From a virus, in the IMG/VR virus record IMGVR_UViG_3300045988_108820, positions 1-64,000 of that record: a stretch of DNA of 64,000 bases. The stretch is one strand, 5' to 3'. Numbering within the stretch: the stretch's first letter is position 1; every line of letters begins with the position of its first letter. The notes under the pieces are model-generated. The model was not told the DNA's origin. It ran no database searches and worked only from the letters and a program-made list of their open reading frames with translations. Shown in pieces: positions 61,623-64,000 of the stretch. The position numbers and the translations under genes are program-made.

Positions 61623-61929
61623 TATTAATAAAATAATGAGTAGATTATCTAAAATTGGGTATTTAAACAAATGCTTTATTTACCCAGTATTAGCCTTAGT
61701 TTATTTATGTGATATATTAAATAAATATGGTCAATATGTATCAGAAGATGACTATAAATATATCACTAAAGCTATTCAAAATCTCTCTGATAATTCCTGT
61801 CTAATTGCTTTACCAGATTTCTATGAATTAAAGAATTCTCATCTACCACAATATAATCCACTGATAAGTAGAATTAGTGAGGACTCTCTAAGTAGATTAG
61901 CAGAAGATAATTCATTAAGACTATTATAA
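61591..61929 (+). CDS. hypothetical protein (112 aa)
   Basis: Intact ORF. Confidence 0.45.
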   Translation: METLNVLALDSINKIMSRLSKIGYLNKCFIYPVLALVYLCDILNKYGQYVSEDDYKYITKAIQNLSDNSCLIALPDFYELKNSHLPQYNPLISRISEDSLSRLAEDNSLRLL

Positions 61930-61951
61930 TATAATTAAATAAAAGATTATT

Positions 61952-62000
61952 CTCTTGTGTATAAGACTTGTATTTATTATCTTTGCACAAGAGAGTTTTT
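61952..62000 (+). terminator. terminator-like hairpin
   Basis: 8-bp arms CTCTTGTG/CACAAGAG with a 26-nt loop, then TTTTT. Confidence 0.4.
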
Positions 62001-62013
62001 ATTTTATACAGAT

Positions 62014-62739
62014 ATGACTTATAGAGAAATAATTTATATGTGCTTAGATGCACTAAAGATTACCTCAGATGATGCTATATTCAATGAAGATCATATATTG
62101 TTTCTTGTAAATAAATATAGAAATCTATTACTTCAACAAAAATATTCAGACATTAGAAATGCAGTTCTTGAAAGTAACTATCAAACACTTTGTCTAGATT
62201 TAGAAATAGATAATACTAAAAGTGTTAGTATATGTAATGAGGAGATACTCAGAAGTAGTAATAAGATACCAAAATTATTGAATGTTGGAAATACAGAAGT
62301 TACTTTAGATGACTATTATATTGGAGAAATAGCATTAGTATCCCCAAACAGAATGAGATATGTTGGTCATAATAGATGGTTACAAAATGCAATATATTGT
62401 TCAATATACTCTGATGATCATCTATATTTTAAATCAGCTAATTCTCAACATCTAAATTTAGAAACAGTGAGGCTAAAAGGTGTTTTTGAGGACCCAATTG
62501 AGGCATACAAATTATCCTGTGACTGCAATTCTAAAAATATGTGTGATTACCTAGACTTAACACTCCCATTGGAGGATGGTCTTGTTCCTAAATTATTAGA
62601 ATTAATAGTGCAATTTATAACTGCTGGTATTTATAAACCAGAAGATACTGAGAATAATGCAAAAGATGATTTATCCTCAATGATGCAGTTTATAAGAAGT
62701 AATATGAAATCCAATCTACAGAAACAAATAGAAGGCTAA
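62014..62739 (+). CDS. hypothetical virion-module protein (241 aa)
   Basis: Start moved to ATG (MTYREIIYM) downstream of the hairpin. Confidence 0.5.
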   Translation: MTYREIIYMCLDALKITSDDAIFNEDHILFLVNKYRNLLLQQKYSDIRNAVLESNYQTLCLDLEIDNTKSVSICNEEILRSSNKIPKLLNVGNTEVTLDDYYIGEIALVSPNRMRYVGHNRWLQNAIYCSIYSDDHLYFKSANSQHLNLETVRLKGVFEDPIEAYKLSCDCNSKNMCDYLDLTLPLEDGLVPKLLELIVQFITAGIYKPEDTENNAKDDLSSMMQFIRSNMKSNLQKQIEG

Positions 62740-63272
62740 TGGATGATTTTAGGAAAGAAATGCTTAAAATAAATGAATCAAGAGTTCATAAAGTAAAGAA
62801 TTCTTTAGGTGTTTACGATGCTTATAAATGGATAAGGAAGAATGAATGGTTAGGAATGAGTCCTATATCAGAACATGATTTTTATGCAATTATAAGAACT
62901 GTAAATAAAGCTCTTGCTAATAAATTTCTATACTCAGGCTCTATTAAATTACCATTAAGAATGGGAGAAATTGTATTAAGGAAATATAAACCTAGTATAA
63001 CTTTACAAGATGGTAAGATTAAAACTAATTTACCTATTGATTGGGATTCTACTTTACAATTATGGTCAGAAGATAAAGAGTCTTATAAAAAGAGAACTTT
63101 AATTAGAATAGAAGAAAAAGAGATATTTAAAGTACTTTATGATAAGAGTAAAGCACTATACAATAATAAATCCTTCTATGCATTTAGTCTTAATAGAGAC
63201 ATTAAGACAGCTCTTAAGAAACAATTAAAAAATGGATTATTAGATGCATTTATGTTATGTGGGAAGACTTAA
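62739..63272 (+). CDS. hypothetical protein (177 aa)
   Basis: Intact ORF. Confidence 0.5.
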   Translation: MDDFRKEMLKINESRVHKVKNSLGVYDAYKWIRKNEWLGMSPISEHDFYAIIRTVNKALANKFLYSGSIKLPLRMGEIVLRKYKPSITLQDGKIKTNLPIDWDSTLQLWSEDKESYKKRTLIRIEEKEIFKVLYDKSKALYNNKSFYAFSLNRDIKTALKKQLKNGLLDAFMLCGKT

Positions 63273-63997
63273 GTATGAAAGATAGAGCATCTCTTATCAA
63301 AATAGCTGTAGACAATGGAGTATATGACATTAATGAAATAAGAGGTAGCTATAACCAATATAAAAATGGAGGATATAAACCATCTGCTTCCATAAGAAAG
63401 ACAATAACAAATTGGGAGGGAAGGTCAATGAGAACTAATAGATCATTTGAAGCTGAAGCTAGAGACTTTAATAGAGCATTACCTAAAGGGGCTTTACAAA
63501 GATTAACTCAGCAACAACTTGATGGTCTTTATAGCTATAGTTATAATGTAGGTTCAGGCAATTTTAGAAGTAGAGTTGTACCTACTCTTGCAAAGTATTT
63601 AGCAGGAATGGCTTCTACACAGGATGTACAAAAAGCTATGTGGGCATCTGGAGATACTAGGCTTAGGGGATTAGCCAGAAGAAGAGCAGCTGAAAGAAGG
63701 ATGTTTGGTAGTAGTTCTTCACCAACAATTGCTCAAAGTGCTATTATTCCTGAGACTGTACAAGACTTTAACCCATATTCCTTAGTCTATGAAGAAGCAC
63801 CAGAGATTCCACCACTTAAATTTAATGAAGGTATAGTTGCTCCAGATATACCTAATTCAGAAGAACTAGATACTAAAGATACAATAGATGATACTAATAC
63901 TCCTGAACCAGATTATGGATCAATTGAACAATTATCTAATATATTAGATATGATACATACATCTAGGAGTCCTAGGGAAATAAATATTAATATATAA
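63257..63997 (+). CDS. lysozyme-like domain protein (probably virion-associated)
   Basis: ITNWEGRS...LTQQQLDGLYSYSYNVGSGNFRSSR resembles the E-G...Q.dAL.S..fN.G.g.f pattern of phage (GH24-type) lysozymes. Confidence 0.45.
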   Translation: MWEDLSMKDRASLIKIAVDNGVYDINEIRGSYNQYKNGGYKPSASIRKTITNWEGRSMRTNRSFEAEARDFNRALPKGALQRLTQQQLDGLYSYSYNVGSGNFRSRVVPTLAKYLAGMASTQDVQKAMWASGDTRLRGLARRRAAERRMFGSSSSPTIAQSAIIPETVQDFNPYSLVYEEAPEIPPLKFNEGIVAPDIPNSEELDTKDTIDDTNTPEPDYGSIEQLSNILDMIHTSRSPREININI

Positions 63998-64000
63998 TGG

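Noticed and set aside
1-64000. CRISPR arrays, integrase or attachment sites, reverse transcriptase/DGR, stop-codon reassignment
   Set aside because: I saw no regularly spaced direct repeats, no integrase- or RT-like ORF, no suppressor tRNA, and no pattern of long genes broken by a single recurrent stop codon. The apparent gene breaks are explained by introns, the intein and one homopolymer frameshift.

Overview
Very AT-rich, gene-dense dsDNA phage sequence with two divergent arms. The left arm (1..~37.7 kb) is on the minus strand. It carries replication, nucleotide-metabolism and early genes: family A DNA polymerase, dUTPase, NrdD/NrdG, UDG, primase, DnaB-like helicase, SF2 helicase, AAA ATPase, an SSB candidate and rIIA/rIIB. 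The right arm (~37.8..64 kb) is on the plus strand. It carries a tRNA block, small zinc-ribbon and GroES-like genes, terminase, portal, fibre/spike, a lysis cassette, scaffold, the major capsid candidate and further virion genes. Canonical Bacteroidota promoters (TTTG-N19-20-TAnnTTTG) and the overall layout suggest a Bacteroidota phage, possibly crAss-like; this is inference, not verified. I count 15 canonical tRNAs, none a suppressor, and the long ORFs read in the standard code. The window is loaded with selfish elements. Four related group I introns (P, Q, R and S core elements readable in two of them) each carry an HTH-LAGLIDADG endonuclease. Each splits a host gene exactly at a catalytic motif: PD-(D/E)XK nuclease, UDG at GQD|PY, rIIB at CSTG|LH, and SF2 helicase at GTG|KS. 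A LAGLIDADG intein sits in the terminase P-loop (GKGK|S). The most unusual region is 28.8-31.3 kb. A helical-domain plus vWA/MIDAS protein (Ro60-like architecture) is followed on the same strand by an ORF-free array of cassettes. Each cassette is closed by a covarying stem built on a constant ACUUACAA core. Three cassettes contain tRNA-like modules, one circularly permuted with a loop-closed acceptor stem, and the motif recurs on the protein's own leader. I propose this as a candidate phage Ro/Y-RNA-like RNP system. All splice junctions, motif calls and family assignments come from reading the sequence and from memory of family signatures. No database search was run.
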